A DNA stretch of 64,000 nucleotides from the human T2T-CHM13v2.0 reference genome, Homo sapiens, in assembly GCF_009914755.1 (NCBI RefSeq), contig NC_060942.1; one strand, 5' to 3'. The notes under the pieces are model-generated. The model was not told where the DNA came from, made no database searches, and saw only the letters and a program-made list of their open reading frames with translations. Positions 63,324-64,000 of the stretch are shown piece after piece. Position 1 is the first letter of the stretch. Every line of letters starts with the position of its first letter. Position numbers and translations under genes: made by a program.

Positions 63324-64000
63324 CATTCTCAGAAACTTACTCGTGATGTGTGCCCTCAACTAAAGGAGTAGAACCTTTCTATTCATAGAGAAGTTTTGAA
63401 ACGCTCTTTTTGTGGAATCTCCAAGTGGATATTTGGCTAGTTTTGAGGATTTCGTTGGAAGCGGGTATTCATCCAAATTGCAGACTGCAGCGTTCTGAGA
63501 AACATCTTTGTGATGTTTGTATTCAGGACACAGAGATGAACATTCCCTATCATAGAGCAGGTTGGAATCACTCCTTTTGTAGTATCTGGAAGTGGACATT
63601 TGGAGCGCTTTCAGGCCTATGTTGAAAAAGGAAATATCTTCCCATAACAACTAGACACAAGCATTCTCAGAAACTTGTTTGTGATGTGTGCCCTCTACTG
63701 ACAGAGTTGAACCTTTCTTTTCATAGAGCAGTTTTGAAACACTCTTTTTGTAGAATCTGCAAGAGGATATTTGCATAGCTTTGAGGATTTCGTGGGAAAC
63801 GGGATTGTCTTCAGGTAAAATCTAGACAGAAGCATTCTCAGAAACTTCTTTGGGATGTTTGCATTCAAGTCACAGAGTAGAACATTCCCTTTGGTAGAGC
63901 AGGTTTGAAACACTCTTTTTGTAGTATCTGGAAGTGGACATTTGGAGCGCTTTCAGGCCTACGTTGGAAAAGGAAATATCTTCCCATAACAACTAGACAG
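63324..64000 (+). repeat. Truncated HOR with a second m4/m6 hybrid (probable 6-mer)
   Basis: m3 is followed by GTAGTATCTGG...GGCCTACGTTGGAAAAGGAAATATCTTCCCATAACAACTAGACAG, the same junction as at 43521-43600. The window ends before m7. Confidence 0.8.

Larger units (their letters stand above)
1..64000 (+). repeat. Centromeric alpha-satellite HOR array, SF2 dimeric type, predominant 1360-bp 8-mer
   Basis: ~171-bp monomers begin CATTCTCAGAAAC (81, 248 as CGTTCTGAGAAAC, 419, 590, 761, 932, 1103, 1270, 1441). Near-identical copies recur every 1360 bp, as the ORF track also shows (452, 1812, 3172...). There is a CENP-B box in every second monomer. The array runs off both window ends in one orientation. 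Confidence 0.99.
1..64000 (+). repeat. D18Z1: Probable identity: human chromosome 18 active array D18Z1 (S2C18H1L)
   Basis: 1360-bp unit with a single EcoRI site (GAATTC 222, 1582, 2942...), a 684-bp internal tetramer (the size I recall for chr18 probe L1.84), 8-mer/12-mer coexistence and the motif TGGGAAACGGGATTGTCTTC, which I recall as D18Z1-diagnostic. This is from memory. Other SF2 arrays with ~1.36-kb units (D14Z9/D22Z1, D20Z2) need exclusion by alignment. Confidence 0.8.

Noticed and set aside
117-63913. Hundreds of 62-100 aa ORFs on both strands
   Set aside because: They recur with the HOR period, overlap in several frames, resemble no protein family I recognise, and are freely opened or broken by single SNPs. 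They are chance ORFs of alpha satellite.
1-64000. CRISPR-like or other repeat-spacer system
   Set aside because: There are no unique spacers, the whole sequence is tandem monomer, and no associated genes are present.
1-64000. L1/Alu insertion, inversion or non-alphoid island
   Set aside because: HOR phase is fully accounted for by -1, +684, -342 and +342 shifts. I saw no poly-A tail, target-site duplication or strand switch.
1-64000. Location of the kinetochore / CENP-A domain (CDR)
   Set aside because: It is defined epigenetically and needs methylation or CENP-A data, so it cannot be read from sequence.

Overview
The whole 64 kb is one uninterrupted, single-orientation array of primate (human-type) centromeric alpha-satellite DNA organised as higher-order repeats (HORs). 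The basic unit is a 1360-bp 8-mer (monomers m1-m8 in my numbering, 167/171/171/171/171/171/167/171 bp). CENP-B-box monomers alternate with pJalpha-type monomers, the dimeric suprachromosomal family 2 pattern. The 1360-bp EcoRI period, the internal 684-bp tetramer and my recollection of the sequence point to the chromosome 18 live array D18Z1 (S2C18H1L); this was not verified by alignment. I count 43 complete 8-mers (one with a 1-bp deletion), one 12-mer, one 6-mer, one 10-mer and a second 6-mer-type junction cut by the window end. Shared SNPs reveal nested 2720-bp and 5440-bp tandem duplications and long-range haplotype sharing. I found no genes, RNA genes, transposon insertions, inversions or CRISPR arrays, and all listed ORFs are repeat by-products. 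I cannot support a novel gene system here; the interesting signal is the recombination history of the array.
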